Source: Carcharhinus longimanus (lineage: Eukaryota). Taken from it: a DNA stretch of 64,000 nt. The translations under genes and the position numbers were made by a program. Below the pieces are notes generated by a model. It was not told the origin of the DNA. It did no database searches and saw nothing but the letters and a program-made list of their open reading frames with translations. The stretch is from the NCBI GenBank assembly GCA_030264375.1, contig JASCQW010000162.1, positions 38,676,900 to 38,740,899 on the forward strand, in the 5' to 3' direction. Shown piece by piece: positions 63,297-64,000 of the stretch. Within the stretch, counting starts at the first letter, position 1. Each line of letters begins with the position of its first letter.

Positions 63297-63412
63297 GCCC
63301 TGGCCTTGCCATTAGAATAATCTGCGCTGATGAGCCATATATTTGCAAAGACTTTGCAGAAACAAACAACATTCTGAAAATAGTAGCTGATTTCTCTGCA
63401 AGTGTAAAAAAG
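63297..63412 (+). CDS. GMPS: GMPS exon 11 (GPGLAIRIICADEPYICKDFAETNNILKIVADFSASVKK); gene continues beyond the window
   Basis: 116 nt. GPGLAIR motif, donor AAG|gtaagt. Cumulative 1440 nt = 480 codons. Confidence 0.98.
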
Positions 63413-64000
63413 GTAAGTTTATGGTGGATATTTCCTGCTGCTTTTTTACTCACCAGTCTTATTAATGGAAGTTTCATTCATGAATTCAGACAACGTTTGA
63501 CATTTTAGTTTTTTAACAAGAGCAATATAAGTAATAAGAAACACAGTATTGCTCAATAAATGATTCTCATCTTTATAAACCATAAAACCTTTGATTACCT
63601 CGTGAAGGTGATGATTCACTCTGTCCTAACTTGTAAAAGTAAAAAAATTGCTGCAAATGTGATGATGACAGCAAACACTGTACTTAAATCTTTGTGCCAA
63701 CCCTGCCAAGATCCCCCTGTGACAGATTTGCACCATAATTTGCTGTAAAATGGATTGGGATGTGCCACAGTGAGCACAGCAGCTAACTGAGGAGTTAATA
63801 TCCTATGCGCAGACGTGCTTAAAGCAGAATGAACCATGACACTTAATGCTCTGATAAAAGTGATTTATATGATGAAGGTTTCCCTTTTATATATTTTAAA
63901 AATTGATTAGTGTAAATGGAATTAGGGGTTTATACTTTAACTATTTTGCATTGTTTATATTTGAAACAGTGTGAAAGAACATCAGTCTGCAAAGATTGCT

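Overview
Gapped draft vertebrate genomic DNA, almost certainly from a shark, judged from HE1-type and Deu-type SINEs and from CR1 and Penelope-like repeats. Three spliced genes were reconstructed by hand from GT-AG boundaries and reading-frame phase. C3orf33 is on the minus strand, with exons 1-4 present and its 3' end not found in the window. SLC33A1 (ER acetyl-CoA transporter AT-1) is on the minus strand and complete: 543 aa, 6 coding exons plus a predicted non-coding first exon. GMPS is on the plus strand, with exons 1-11 present (480 codons), and continues past the right edge. Order and orientation match the human C3orf33-SLC33A1-GMPS block, with SLC33A1 and GMPS divergent. The rest is mostly decayed retroelements (CR1, RTE, Rex1/Babar, Vingi-like, Penelope-like, SINEs, one solo LTR). 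The main oddities are a structured element of about 290 nt with a U2 snRNA-derived head in GMPS intron 1, a composite UPRE/ERSE-like site plus a start-stop element in SLC33A1, and a 51-bp minisatellite with CTCF-like motifs in the GMPS promoter. Family assignments are from recognition of remembered sequences, not database searches, and repeat boundaries are approximate unless a target-site duplication (TSD) is given.
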